Program-made: the position numbers and the translations under genes
Assembly: GCA_903858635.1 (NCBI GenBank)
Contig: CAIOJO010000219.1
Span: 1-43,385, forward strand
DNA: 43,385 nt
Direction: 5' to 3'
Source: an uncultured Telmatospirillum sp.
GTDB lineage: Bacteria > Pseudomonadota > Alphaproteobacteria > Rhodospirillales > Magnetospirillaceae
The notes under the pieces: model-generated
The model's input: only the letters and a program-made list of their open reading frames with translations
The model's database searches: none
Told to the model about the DNA's origin: nothing
In this document: one piece after another, positions 9,548-18,790 of the stretch
How the letters are laid out: each line of letters starts with the position of its first letter
Numbering within the stretch: the first letter of the stretch is position 1

Positions 9548-10753
9548 TCAGGCGACGTTCGCGTTCGAGGCCAGCACCCGCTCCAGTTCCGCCATGCCGG
9601 CGGGCAGGTCGGCCTTGCCACCCACCGCCCGGATGGCCGAACCCAGGGCGTGCAGGGTGCGGAACAGGTTGTGAGTCCGGCTTTGCTCGCCCATCTGGCC
9701 GATCCGCAGGATGTTCAAGCCGAAGGCGCCGGAGATCTCGACCTTGTAGAGTTCGGACATGGCATGGCGTACCCGCTCGGCGCTGATGCCGTCGGGCACG
9801 GTGATGCCGACCACCGAATTGAGGCGGCAATAGGCCGGCGTCAATAGCTCCAGTCCCATGGCCTCGACGCCGCCCTGAAGGGCGGCCGAACACATGGCGT
9901 GGCGGCGGAAGCGGGCCGGCAGGGTTTCGTCGCAAACCAGGCGCAACGCCTCGTGTAGCGCCAGGACGCCGGATACCGGGGCGGTGTAGTGGTAGGCCTG
10001 CTTGTTCCAGAACTGATCGGCTAGGCGGGCATCCAGGCACCAATGGGCCATCGGCGCGTTGCGCTTTTCGATCCGTTCCCAGGCATCGTCGGAAAAGGCG
10101 ATCAACGACACGCCGGGGATGGAGGACAGGCCCTTCTGGCCGCCGGTGATGACGGCGTCCACCTCCCACTCCTCCATTTCCATCGGCATGGTCGACAGGG
10201 TGCAGACCGCATCGACGACGTTGAGGCAGCCGTAGGATTTGGCAATGCGGCAGATCTCGGCAAGGTCGCGATTCCATACCGTGTTGGAGGTCTCGCCCTG
10301 GACGATGGTCATGACTTGGAAACGGCCATCCTTCAGCAGGGCCTCGACCTGCTCGGGACGCGCCGGCTCCTGGTCCGGCAGCTCGAGGCGAACCACGTCG
10401 CCACCGACCCGGACCGCCATTTCCGCCAGACGGCGGCTGAACAGGCCGCCGCAGATGGACAGCACCCGGGTCCCCGGCTCGACCAGATTGCAGATAGCCA
10501 TCTCCATGGCCGCCGAGGCCGGGCCCGACACCCCCATGACATGGCCCGAGGATGTCTGGAAGACGTAACGGGCCATGATTTTGACCTGATCGACCACCTT
10601 GTTCATGGTGTCGCCCAGGTGATTGATCACCAGCGAATTGGCGTAGGCCACCTTGTTGGGAATCGGCACCGGACCGGCCCCCATCATCAACAGAGGTTCG
10701 TCAGGCAGAATGTTGTCGAGCGGGACGATGCCGGGCGGCTTGGGAAATTTCAT
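9548..10753 (-). CDS. Class V PLP aminotransferase (serine-glyoxylate or alanine-glyoxylate aminotransferase-like).
   Basis: LLMMGAGPVPIP N-terminal motif, ...ETSNTV..., and the PLP-Lys region ITGGQKGL. The track ORF extends to 10849. MKFPKPPG at 10753 fits the family N-terminus. Confidence 0.75.
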   Translation of the reverse strand: MKFPKPPGIVPLDNILPDEPLLMMGAGPVPIPNKVAYANSLVINHLGDTMNKVVDQVKIMARYVFQTSSGHVMGVSGPASAAMEMAICNLVEPGTRVLSICGGLFSRRLAEMAVRVGGDVVRLELPDQEPARPEQVEALLKDGRFQVMTIVQGETSNTVWNRDLAEICRIAKSYGCLNVVDAVCTLSTMPMEMEEWEVDAVITGGQKGLSSIPGVSLIAFSDDAWERIEKRNAPMAHWCLDARLADQFWNKQAYHYTAPVSGVLALHEALRLVCDETLPARFRRHAMCSAALQGGVEAMGLELLTPAYCRLNSVVGITVPDGISAERVRHAMSELYKVEISGAFGLNILRIGQMGEQSRTHNLFRTLHALGSAIRAVGGKADLPAGMAELERVLASNANVA

Positions 10754-11015
10754 ACCATCAATCTTTCTGCGACTCCCCGGATCGCGCTTGTGCGGGGACG
10801 ACGAAAGCGGAATGGAGCAACGACCGTCACCCGTTTGCCCCGGTTTCATGCGAGCCTAAACTCCGCCCTCTATCTAGCCGGCGTCAACCGATTCCGCCAG
10901 CGTTCCGACGACGATAATGTGGGAAATGGCACGGCCGGAACATCTCCCGCACCATCAAGGATCCGCGCTCGCGGCGACGCCGGCACAGACGCCGTGAGGC
11001 GCCAAGGCCCTCGGT

Positions 11016-11303
11016 TCATCCCTGCCGAATACGGCGGTTCACCCGGTACCCGGCATAGGCGCCGAGGATGAGCGCCACGGGGGAGGGCAGCAACAGTGCG
11101 GCGGCGCAGGCGGCGCCGAAGCCGCTGCCGCAGGCGGCGAGCAGCCGTGCCGGCACCGAGACCTCGCGGGCAGCAACCGGCTGCGGCACGGGGAGAGGAG
11201 GAGCGGGCGGCGGAACGGCAGCCTCCGGTTCGGCAGCCTCCGGCAGCCTCCGCAGCACTTCGGTCAGGGCCCGTCTAGGCGTTTTCCTCGGTCGGGTGGC
11301 CAT
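11016..11303 (-). CDS. Small protein with a basic N-terminus, a Pro/Ala-rich linker and a C-terminal hydrophobic tail anchor; candidate partner of the adjacent ParA-like ATPase.
   Basis: The ATG is embedded in the ParA 3' end in the +1 frame (cgATGGcc), preceded by a GGAGA Shine-Dalgarno 6 nt upstream. The N-terminus is MATRPRKTPRR. The C-terminus GFGAACAAALLLPSPVALILGAYAGY is transmembrane-like. Confidence 0.35.
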   Translation of the reverse strand: MATRPRKTPRRALTEVLRRLPEAAEPEAAVPPPAPPLPVPQPVAAREVSVPARLLAACGSGFGAACAAALLLPSPVALILGAYAGYRVNRRIRQG

Positions 11304-11958
11304 CGAGCATCTCCAGGATTGATGTGGTCAGTCGCTGGATCTCTGCGGCGGCAGTAGAACCGGGAGCGAAGCCGCCGACCCAGTCGCCGGTGGTAAAGCA
11401 GTCGACGAATTTGGTCCGCAACCCGATTGCCGGCGCCACCGGCTCGCCGAAATCGCCGAGCGCCGCGGCGAGCTCGCGCCCGACCGCGGTGCGGGTGTCC
11501 ACCCGGCTGGGCACCAGCACCACCCGTGGCGCTCCCTGCCGGACGGCCCGTGCCGCTCGCACCAGTTCCAGCGCCCGCTGGGTGGCGAACAAGTCGGCAC
11601 CGCTCGGCGTGACCGGGACCAGCACCAAATCGGCCAGCATCACGGCGGCTTGGGTCGCTCCCTCCAGGCTGGGCGGGCAATCGATCACCGCGATCCCGGT
11701 CGCTCCGGCGGCCGCGATCTCGGCCCGCCAGTCGGCTGCGACGCTCTCCGCCCGCCACGGATGGGCCCGCACCGCCATCGGCAGCCGCCCGCGCTCGGCC
11801 CAAAGGGCGCTGGTGCGCTGCTGATCGGCGTCGAACAGCAGGACCTCGCGGCCTCGTTCCGCCAGCGCCGCGGCAAGGCTGACGGCGATGGTGCTCTTCC
11901 CAACTCCTCCCTTGAGATTGGCGCAGGCGATGACGCCACGGAATGGTGCAGCCCTCAC
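11275..11958 (-). CDS. Orphan ParA/MinD-family P-loop ATPase.
   Basis: Deviant Walker A ANLKGGVGKST near the N-terminus, and the Walker B region VIDCPPS. The GTG start overlaps the TGA stop of the upstream lipoprotein gene (GTGA). The long track ORF (to 12531) is an upstream extension in a frame overlapping that gene and is rejected. Confidence 0.75.
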   Translation of the reverse strand: MRAAPFRGVIACANLKGGVGKSTIAVSLAAALAERGREVLLFDADQQRTSALWAERGRLPMAVRAHPWRAESVAADWRAEIAAAGATGIAVIDCPPSLEGATQAAVMLADLVLVPVTPSGADLFATQRALELVRAARAVRQGAPRVVLVPSRVDTRTAVGRELAAALGDFGEPVAPAIGLRTKFVDCFTTGDWVGGFAPGSTAAAEIQRLTTSILEMLDGHPTEENA

Positions 11959-13466
11959 GGATGCGCGCCGGTAATGGTCAAGACATTGGTGCTCGGCAGC
12001 GATTTCGCTGATTTGTTCAGAATCAACAGTTCGTTCACCAGTCCGAGCACGAGACCGGACGCGCCGCCCTCCTCGATATCGGCGGGAACCCAGTAGCTGT
12101 GCCCCAGATAGTCGACGCCCACCAGCGGCTGCCCGCTTTCGGGACCCTGTTTGACCACGAACAGCTTGCCCGCCCGGTATTTGTAGCTCGCCACCGGCTG
12201 GTCCGGCGGACCGATGGGGACGGTAATGAAGCGCGGCGGCGCGCCGTCGGCCTTGAGCTGGAGTGCGGCCACCGAGCCGAGATAGGAGATGATCCCGGAG
12301 GTGGAGCGGGTGACGAACTCGTAGGAGACCGGGCAGTCCGGACGAAACGCCGGCAGGAACTGGCGCCCCTGGCCGTCGTGCTCTTCCGTCCATTTCTCGC
12401 TCAGCAGGCGGCCCAGATGCGGACCCACCATCATGCGCTCCATCTCGGCGGAATTGCCGGCCGCCGCTTCGGCTTGCGGCCCGCCCTTGCCGGGCTGCGG
12501 CGGCAGTGGATTGGCCGCCCTCTCCGCACAAGCCGCAGTCGTGCCTCCGGCACCGGGGGTCGGTCCAGCCGCCGGAGCGCCGCCCTGAACACGGGTTACC
12601 GCGCAGCGCAGCTGCTCGGGAATCCCCGAAAGCCGCTGTACGCGTTCGGATATTCCGAAGCAGAAGCGGTATTCCGGTCCGACCCGCTGCACTTGATAGA
12701 CCTCGGACAGCCCCTCCTTGCGGTACCGGGTCCGTTCGGCGTCATCAAGATTGTTGCCGCGATCGGCCACCGCCAGCTTGACCAGCCGCAGATCGGGCGC
12801 CGCCAGGGCGGCGAAGCGCCGGGGATCTTCGAGGTCGCGCGGCATCAGGCGGGGCCCGACATCGGCCCTTAGTAAATATGGTTCGGTGCTGATCTCCTGA
12901 TCGAGCAGGTCCTCCAGCACGCCTTCGAATTCAGCGTAGCGCTTCGGGTCCTCGGCGAAATTGCCGAAAGTCATCATGCGGCCGTCCTGACGAACCACGA
13001 TCTTTTCGATCACCAGACCGAGAAGGGCCGCATGGGGGAAATCCGCATGCATGTAGTAGTCGATGGTCTGCGGTTTGATGGGCGTCAGGATGCCCTGGTA
13101 GAATTCCTGGGTCTCCAGGACGCCGACGCTGTAAGTGGGACCTCCCGATGCCGTCGCCGAGGGACTGAAAATCGACGGAGCCAGTTGTCCGTTCGATCCG
13201 AACGGAAGGCTCAATGAGGCGCCCGCCGAGGTCAGCGCCTGCCCGGTCACCGATTCGAGGCCGGTGAATTCGAGGGGGCGGCGTTCGCTGGCCCGCACGA
13301 TATTGAGCAGCAGCCCCTGCTCCTGGGTCTTCTCCGCCTCGATATTGTAGCGCAGCGTACTGGCCGAGAATCCGTCGGCCACCGCGCACCCCGCCAGCAG
13401 ACTAGCGAGACCACAGGACAGAATTACGGCGCGCATCCGGCCGGCAACAGACACAATCTTCGACAT
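11955..13466 (-). CDS. Lipoprotein of unknown function, about 500 aa.
   Basis: Signal peptide with the lipobox LLAGC (MRAVILSCGLASLLAGCAV). The ATG at 13466 has an AAGGGGGG Shine-Dalgarno 9 nt upstream (the track used a TTG at 13472). No domain is recognisable by eye. Confidence 0.6.
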   Translation of the reverse strand: MSKIVSVAGRMRAVILSCGLASLLAGCAVADGFSASTLRYNIEAEKTQEQGLLLNIVRASERRPLEFTGLESVTGQALTSAGASLSLPFGSNGQLAPSIFSPSATASGGPTYSVGVLETQEFYQGILTPIKPQTIDYYMHADFPHAALLGLVIEKIVVRQDGRMMTFGNFAEDPKRYAEFEGVLEDLLDQEISTEPYLLRADVGPRLMPRDLEDPRRFAALAAPDLRLVKLAVADRGNNLDDAERTRYRKEGLSEVYQVQRVGPEYRFCFGISERVQRLSGIPEQLRCAVTRVQGGAPAAGPTPGAGGTTAACAERAANPLPPQPGKGGPQAEAAAGNSAEMERMMVGPHLGRLLSEKWTEEHDGQGRQFLPAFRPDCPVSYEFVTRSTSGIISYLGSVAALQLKADGAPPRFITVPIGPPDQPVASYKYRAGKLFVVKQGPESGQPLVGVDYLGHSYWVPADIEEGGASGLVLGLVNELLILNKSAKSLPSTNVLTITGAHP

Positions 13467-13467
13467 G

Positions 13468-13667
13468 GACAAGGACCCCCCTTCCCCAGTGCGGCCGACC
13501 GGCGGTCGCGGCCTGATCCAAGTGATAGTAATTCATAGTAGCGCCAAGATTCCCCGACGTATATAGTCAGGATTGTATCGATTGCGGCCGGACCCATGCC
13601 GGGTCTACATCAAAGTATATCCAACCTCACCGAGGGAACGCGGCGATCGGGAAAGGGAGGACAGGGC
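13468..13667. promoter_or_regulatory. AT-rich divergent intergenic region between the lipoprotein operon (minus strand) and the lipopeptide operon (plus strand).
   Basis: A local GC drop (agtgatagtaattcatagtagcg...gacgTATATAGtcaggattgtatcgattg) in an otherwise roughly 70% GC window. TATATAG at 13561-13567 is a -10-like element. Small hairpin GACCC-atgcc-GGGTC at about 13593-13607. Confidence 0.3.
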
Positions 13668-16600
13668 ATGGGATTGCTTTCGTACCCCTGGGACATACAG
13701 GGCTTTTCGGTCTTGCCTGAACATCGCCGCGAGACCCGATCCACCCCACTTCGCCTATTCCCGAAGACGGGCCTGCGGCTGACTGCCTGCCTCGCCTTCG
13801 CGATTGCCGGAGGGGTTCCCGGGCCGGTGACCGCCGGCATGAGCGAGACCCAGATTTCCCCCATCGCCCAGGCCACCCTCGATGCCTTGGTCGGCTCTTC
13901 CCTGGTGCCGGGCGCCACCGCCGGCCTGCGGTTCGCCGACGGCACCACCTGGCTCGGTGCGTCCGGCTATGCCGACGCCGCCCACACCCAGCTCCTGACG
14001 CCCTCCACCGAGATGCGCATCGGCAGCCAGACCAAGACCTATGTCGGCACCGTCGTCCTGCAACTGGTGGCCCAGGGCGCCATCGGCCTCAACCAGACCC
14101 TGGCCCAGTGGCTACCCTCGCTGAACGTTCCCAATGCGGCGCAGATCACCATCCAGGATCTCCTGGACATGCGCAGCGGCATTCCCGACTACCTGACGGT
14201 GCCGTCGCAGCATGCCGGCTATGCGGGCAAGACCATCCTCGACGAATGGGCGCTGACCGGGGGCCAGGCCGTCTATACGCCGACGCAACTGGTCACCGCC
14301 ACCAACGGCGTCGCCCGGACGACGCCGGCGCCGGGCGGGCAGATGAGTTACACCAACACCGATTTCGTCATCCTCGCCCTGATCGCCCAGCAGGCGAGCT
14401 GTCTCACTGCCACCGGCTGCCAATCCATCGAGACCATGGTCAATCAGGGGGTCATCGCCCCCCTCGGGCTGACCCATACGGTCTTCCCGACCAACTCCGC
14501 CTTCACCGGCACGTTCAGCAACGGCTATGTGTTCGCCGTTCCCGGGGCGCCGGTGACCGGCTTCGGCTCCTACGCCAATCCCGCCGCCACCGTTCCGGTG
14601 TCCTTCACATCGATCAATCCGGCGGTCCCCTGGGCCGCCGGGGCCATGCTCTCGACCTCCCAGGACGAACTGGTGTGGGTCGGCCAGCTTACCCGCAATG
14701 TCGCCGGTTTGTTGCCGGCCTCGCTCCAGGCGCAGCGGCTCACCCTGCTGCCCAATGCGGAGGTTGCCGGCTATCCGGCGGCCTACGGCCTCGGCATTTA
14801 CTCTCAAGTTTCGCCTCTGAACGGCGATGTCTTCCTGGGCCATGCCGGGTCGATACCGGGATATACCTCGGCCCCGTTCGAGAACACCACCCTCGGCATC
14901 GATTACGCCGTCAACGTCAATGCCTACCCGGCACCGGACGGCACCAGCGCGGTGACGGTGATGTGGCAGCTCGACCAGAACGTCGCCGGTGCCCTGGTCG
15001 CTTCCGGCAATTGCAGCAGCACGACGGCGGGCGCCGCCGGCACCGCCGCCTGTTCCGGCGACAGCGTCCGCCTGGCGCCGCTGACCTTGCAAGGGGGAAA
15101 CCTGACCATCGCCCCGTCGGGCAAGATCTACAACGGCTACGACAATCCGGTGTCGAACGCCGACGGCAGCGTCACCGTCACGCCGACCGCTCTGCCTGTT
15201 CCGACGGTCGCCTTCTACGGCGACAACCTGACCGGGATGAGCCTCGGCGGCGGTGCCGGGCTGACCATTCAGGCCGGTGCCCTGCTGTCGATGACCGGCA
15301 ACAATTCGGCCACCATCGCCCTCACCGGCACCGGCAATTCCGTCGCCGTCGCCGGCATGCTGCAGTCGATGGGCCTCAACGCCGCAGCGCTCAGCGATTC
15401 CGGATCCGGATCGACCATCACCCTGATGCCGGGCAGCGCGATCAACGCCCAGACCGGTGCCACCGGCGCGGCCATCATGCTGGCCGGCAGCAATGCCACG
15501 CTGACCGTCGGCGGCAGCGTGCAAAACCTCAATCAGTTCAGCTACGGCGCCCTGCTCTATCCCGCCTTGATCGACCGGGGCCACGGTTCACGGGTCACGG
15601 TGACGCCGACCGGGTCGCTGACCGGCGCGGTCGATCTGAGCCAATCCGACACCCGGCTGCGCCTCGATGGGATGATCGCCGGCAGTGTCACCATGGGCAG
15701 CAATGCGAGTTTGAGCGGATCAGGCACGGTTGCCGGCGCCGTGCAGGGTGGCACCATCCAGCCTGGCGATCCGGGCGGCACCGCGGCGCTGACGGTCGGC
15801 AGCCTCACCGGCGCCGGCACCACCCTGGCCTTCGACCTCACCGGTCCGCTGGCGCCGCTGGCGGTGACCACCGTCGCCAGCCTTACCGGTGGCGCCCTCG
15901 TCGCCACCCAGGCTCCCGCCGCCGGCACGGACGTGGCGACGGTGCTGCAGGCCGGGAGTGTCAGCGGCAACTTCGCCTCGGTAACGGCGCCGGGCCGCGT
16001 CGCCGCCACCGCCAATTACGGCGCCGACACCGTCCAACTGGCCACCGTCAGCCCGGCGCTGCTGGATGCCGAGACCTTCGCGGCACAGCATTCGATGCTC
16101 ACCCAACTCGACGCGGTCCGCGGGCGGCTCGCCGGCTTGCCTCGGGACGGGGAGAGTCCCGCCGCCACCAACACGGCCTCCGTCGAGGGCGGAGGCGGCG
16201 GCTTGGACGCCATGGGCAATGCGCTGGCTGCGGCGCCCCTGTCGGTTTCCGGCGCGAAGGGCACCGTATGGGGCCGTGGCTTCTATGAAGGCGGCCATCT
16301 GGGCGGCGCCGATGGGGTGAGTCCTTTCGCCGCCGGTGGCGGCGGCTTCCTGCTCGGTGCCGATACCACGATCACCGACGCAGTCACGGTGGGCGGGGCG
16401 TTCGGCTACGACCATCTGATCACCGGCCGCATTGGCGCCGGCGACCGTTTCGAGGGCTCGGCCTATTACGGCACGTTGTACGGCGCCTGGACACGGAAGT
16501 CGCTGTTCGTTCGCGGGGCGCTGCTGATGGGCGCCGGGGATGACAGCCTGACCCGCAGCACCAGCCTGGCCGGCTCCACTCTCCTTAGCCAGGCGCATCC

Positions 16601-17084
16601 CACCGATTGGCGGTTGGGGGCCGAGCTCAGCGCGGGAAAGGTGATTCCCGCCTATGGATTCGACATCGTGCCCAATCTCGGCCTGAGCTATCTGCGGGTG
16701 GACCAGCCGGCGGTCACCGACAGCGGCGCCGGCGCATTCAACCTGTCGACCGGCGGCCGGACGCCCGAGCTTCTGCGGATCCGCGCCGGTGCTGATCTCG
16801 ACCACACGAGCACCGCCGGCGGCCGCACGGTCAGGACCGATCTCCGTCTCGCCTACGCCCATGACAGCATGCTCGGCGGGCAGACGGCGACCGCCGCCTT
16901 CGCCGGATTCGGCTCGCCCTTCGCCTTGATCGGCAATGGCCATGACACCGACTCCGCGGTGATCGGCCTCGGCGCCCAAGTCAAACTCGACTCCGGCCTG
17001 TCGCTCGCCGCCGATTTCGAGGAGGATGTCTCCTCCGCCTCCTCCACCCGTTGGTTCATGGGCACCGTACGCTATGCTTTCTGA
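13668..17084 (+). CDS. Autotransporter (type Va) with a beta-lactamase-fold, S12-like serine hydrolase passenger.
   Basis: GGGAGG Shine-Dalgarno, then the ATG at 13668. Signal peptide LRLTACLAFAIAGGVPGPVTA. SxxK motif SQTK, YxN motif YTN, and an HxG-type third motif HAGSIPGY. A G/A/T/S-rich beta-helix-like stalk. The C-terminal beta-barrel ends in the aromatic terminus RYAF. Confidence 0.8.
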   Translation: MGLLSYPWDIQGFSVLPEHRRETRSTPLRLFPKTGLRLTACLAFAIAGGVPGPVTAGMSETQISPIAQATLDALVGSSLVPGATAGLRFADGTTWLGASGYADAAHTQLLTPSTEMRIGSQTKTYVGTVVLQLVAQGAIGLNQTLAQWLPSLNVPNAAQITIQDLLDMRSGIPDYLTVPSQHAGYAGKTILDEWALTGGQAVYTPTQLVTATNGVARTTPAPGGQMSYTNTDFVILALIAQQASCLTATGCQSIETMVNQGVIAPLGLTHTVFPTNSAFTGTFSNGYVFAVPGAPVTGFGSYANPAATVPVSFTSINPAVPWAAGAMLSTSQDELVWVGQLTRNVAGLLPASLQAQRLTLLPNAEVAGYPAAYGLGIYSQVSPLNGDVFLGHAGSIPGYTSAPFENTTLGIDYAVNVNAYPAPDGTSAVTVMWQLDQNVAGALVASGNCSSTTAGAAGTAACSGDSVRLAPLTLQGGNLTIAPSGKIYNGYDNPVSNADGSVTVTPTALPVPTVAFYGDNLTGMSLGGGAGLTIQAGALLSMTGNNSATIALTGTGNSVAVAGMLQSMGLNAAALSDSGSGSTITLMPGSAINAQTGATGAAIMLAGSNATLTVGGSVQNLNQFSYGALLYPALIDRGHGSRVTVTPTGSLTGAVDLSQSDTRLRLDGMIAGSVTMGSNASLSGSGTVAGAVQGGTIQPGDPGGTAALTVGSLTGAGTTLAFDLTGPLAPLAVTTVASLTGGALVATQAPAAGTDVATVLQAGSVSGNFASVTAPGRVAATANYGADTVQLATVSPALLDAETFAAQHSMLTQLDAVRGRLAGLPRDGESPAATNTASVEGGGGGLDAMGNALAAAPLSVSGAKGTVWGRGFYEGGHLGGADGVSPFAAGGGGFLLGADTTITDAVTVGGAFGYDHLITGRIGAGDRFEGSAYYGTLYGAWTRKSLFVRGALLMGAGDDSLTRSTSLAGSTLLSQAHPTDWRLGAELSAGKVIPAYGFDIVPNLGLSYLRVDQPAVTDSGAGAFNLSTGGRTPELLRIRAGADLDHTSTAGGRTVRTDLRLAYAHDSMLGGQTATAAFAGFGSPFALIGNGHDTDSAVIGLGAQVKLDSGLSLAADFEEDVSSASSTRWFMGTVRYAF

Positions 17085-18790
17085 GGGACCCGTCACCACG
17101 CTGGTTGAAGCCATTACGGCGCAACGGCGCAACGACCGCGTCCTTGCCCTGGTGTCGGGGACTGGGCGCACCACCCGGCGGACCTTCGCCGAACTCTACG
17201 CCGACGCGGCGCGGACCCTGGCCTGGCTGACCGCCTCGGGGCTGCGGCCGGGCGACGAACTGGTCCTGCTCATGGAGGATTACCCGCGCTTCGTCGGCAC
17301 CTTCTGGGCCTGCCTGCTGGGCGGCATCATCTGCGTCCCGGTGTCGCCGCCGACCACTGCCGATATCGCGCTCCGCATCCACCGCATCCTCGACGTCCTG
17401 GCCAGTCCCTGGCTGATGGCAAGCGCTCCCATGCGGGAGCGCCTGGCGGCAGCCGAGGGCCAGCGGCAGGAGCCGATGCAGGGACGGATGCTGGATCCGC
17501 CGACCTTGGACGAGACCGCGCCGCTGGCCGAGGCGCGTCCGGCAAGCGCCGACGACATCGCCTTCATCCAGTTCTCCTCGGGCTCCACCGGCCAGCCCAA
17601 GGGGGTCGTGCTGACCCATGCCAACCTGCTTGCCAACATCGCCGCGATCAAAGCCGGCGCCAAATTGGAGGAGACCGACCGGCTGGCGAACTGGATGCCG
17701 CTGACCCATGACTTCGGCATAATCTGGTTCCATATCATGCCGATGGTGCTGGGGCTCGACCATGCACTGATCCCGACACCGCTGTTCGTGCGCAACCCGC
17801 AGATCTGGTTGCGCACCATCGATTCCTTCAAGGCGACGGTGTCGGCCGCACCCAATTTCGCCTATCGCCACCTGCTCAAGCATCTGCGCAAGGAGATGCG
17901 GCGGGATTGGCGGCTGGACAGTCTGCGGCTGATCACCAACGGGGCGGAGCCCATCTCGGTGGGACTCGCCCGCAGCTTCGAAGCGGAGTTCGCCGGGGAC
18001 GGCCTGCGCGCCGGCGTGATCACTGCCGCCTACGGCCTGGCCGAAGGCACCTTGCTCGTCACCATGGCGGAACCCGGAACCGGCCTGCGGGAAATCGGCG
18101 TCGACCGCCGCGCCCTGTCCGCCGGCGACCGCGTCCGCCCGCTGCCCAACCGGGAGGACCCCGACCGCGCGGCCTTCGCCGAGGTCGGCCGGCCGGCTCC
18201 CGGCGTCGCCGTCCGCATCGCCGGCCAGGCGGATACACCCTGCGACGAGGGCATCGTCGGCCGCATCCAGATCCGCGGTCCTTGCGTGACGCCCGGCTAC
18301 TATCGCAATGAGCAGGCGACCCGGGCGGTGATGACCACGGATGGCTGGCTCGACACCGGCGATCTCGGCTTCATCGAGGACGGGAGTCTCTGTGTCACCG
18401 GGCGGCGCAAGGACGTGGTCATTCTGGGCGGGGCCAACTACTACCCACCGGATATCGAACGCGCCGCGGCGGATGTGCCCGGCCTCGATCTCAACATGGT
18501 GCTCGCCTGCGCCGTCCCTGTGGGCGAGGGCGAAGGCCTGGCTCTGTTCGCGCTGTTCCGCCAACCGATCGAGCAGTTCCCCGAACTGGCGCGCCAACTG
18601 CGCGACGCGGTGGTGCGCCAGATCGGGGTCCCGGTCGATTACTGCCTGCCGGTGACGCAGATCCCGCGCACCACCAGCGGCAAGGTGCAGCGCTACCGGT
18701 TGGCCGAGGACTTCAAGGCCGGCGTCTTCGCCGCCGAGATCGCCGCCCTGGAAGGATTCGAGCGGTCCGCCTATGCCCCCTTGCGCGACG
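17074..18790 (+). other. Fatty acyl-AMP ligase (FAAL) starter domain.
   Basis: [41 protein letters not shown], and GYYRNEQ...[11 protein letters not shown]...[20 protein letters not shown] (FAAL-type). Confidence 0.8.

Noticed and set aside
9258-11071. ORFs overlapping the class V aminotransferase (9258-10277 -, 10043-11071 +).
   Set aside because: They are low-complexity Arg/Gly/Pro translations. The aminotransferase frame has family motifs throughout.
11264-12531. The 418-aa track ORF extending the ParA gene upstream, plus 11264-11803 (-) and 11324-11824 (+).
   Set aside because: The upstream extension overlaps the lipoprotein gene and is Arg/Gly-rich. A GTG start coupled to the lipoprotein stop gives a ParA of normal length with Walker A near the N-terminus.
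17026-17073. The poly-proline start (MSPPPPPP) for the megasynthase.
   Set aside because: The Shine-Dalgarno-like GAGGAGG abuts this ATG with 0-2 nt spacing. The ATG at 17074 gives an N-terminus matching FAAL domains (M-x5-TLVE...). It is kept as an alternative only.
14108-17174. Alternative-frame and antisense ORFs over the autotransporter gene (14108-16288 +, 14112-15584 -, 15720-17174 -).
   Set aside because: They are Arg/Pro/Gly-rich with no motifs. The annotated frame has a signal peptide, hydrolase motifs and an autotransporter barrel.
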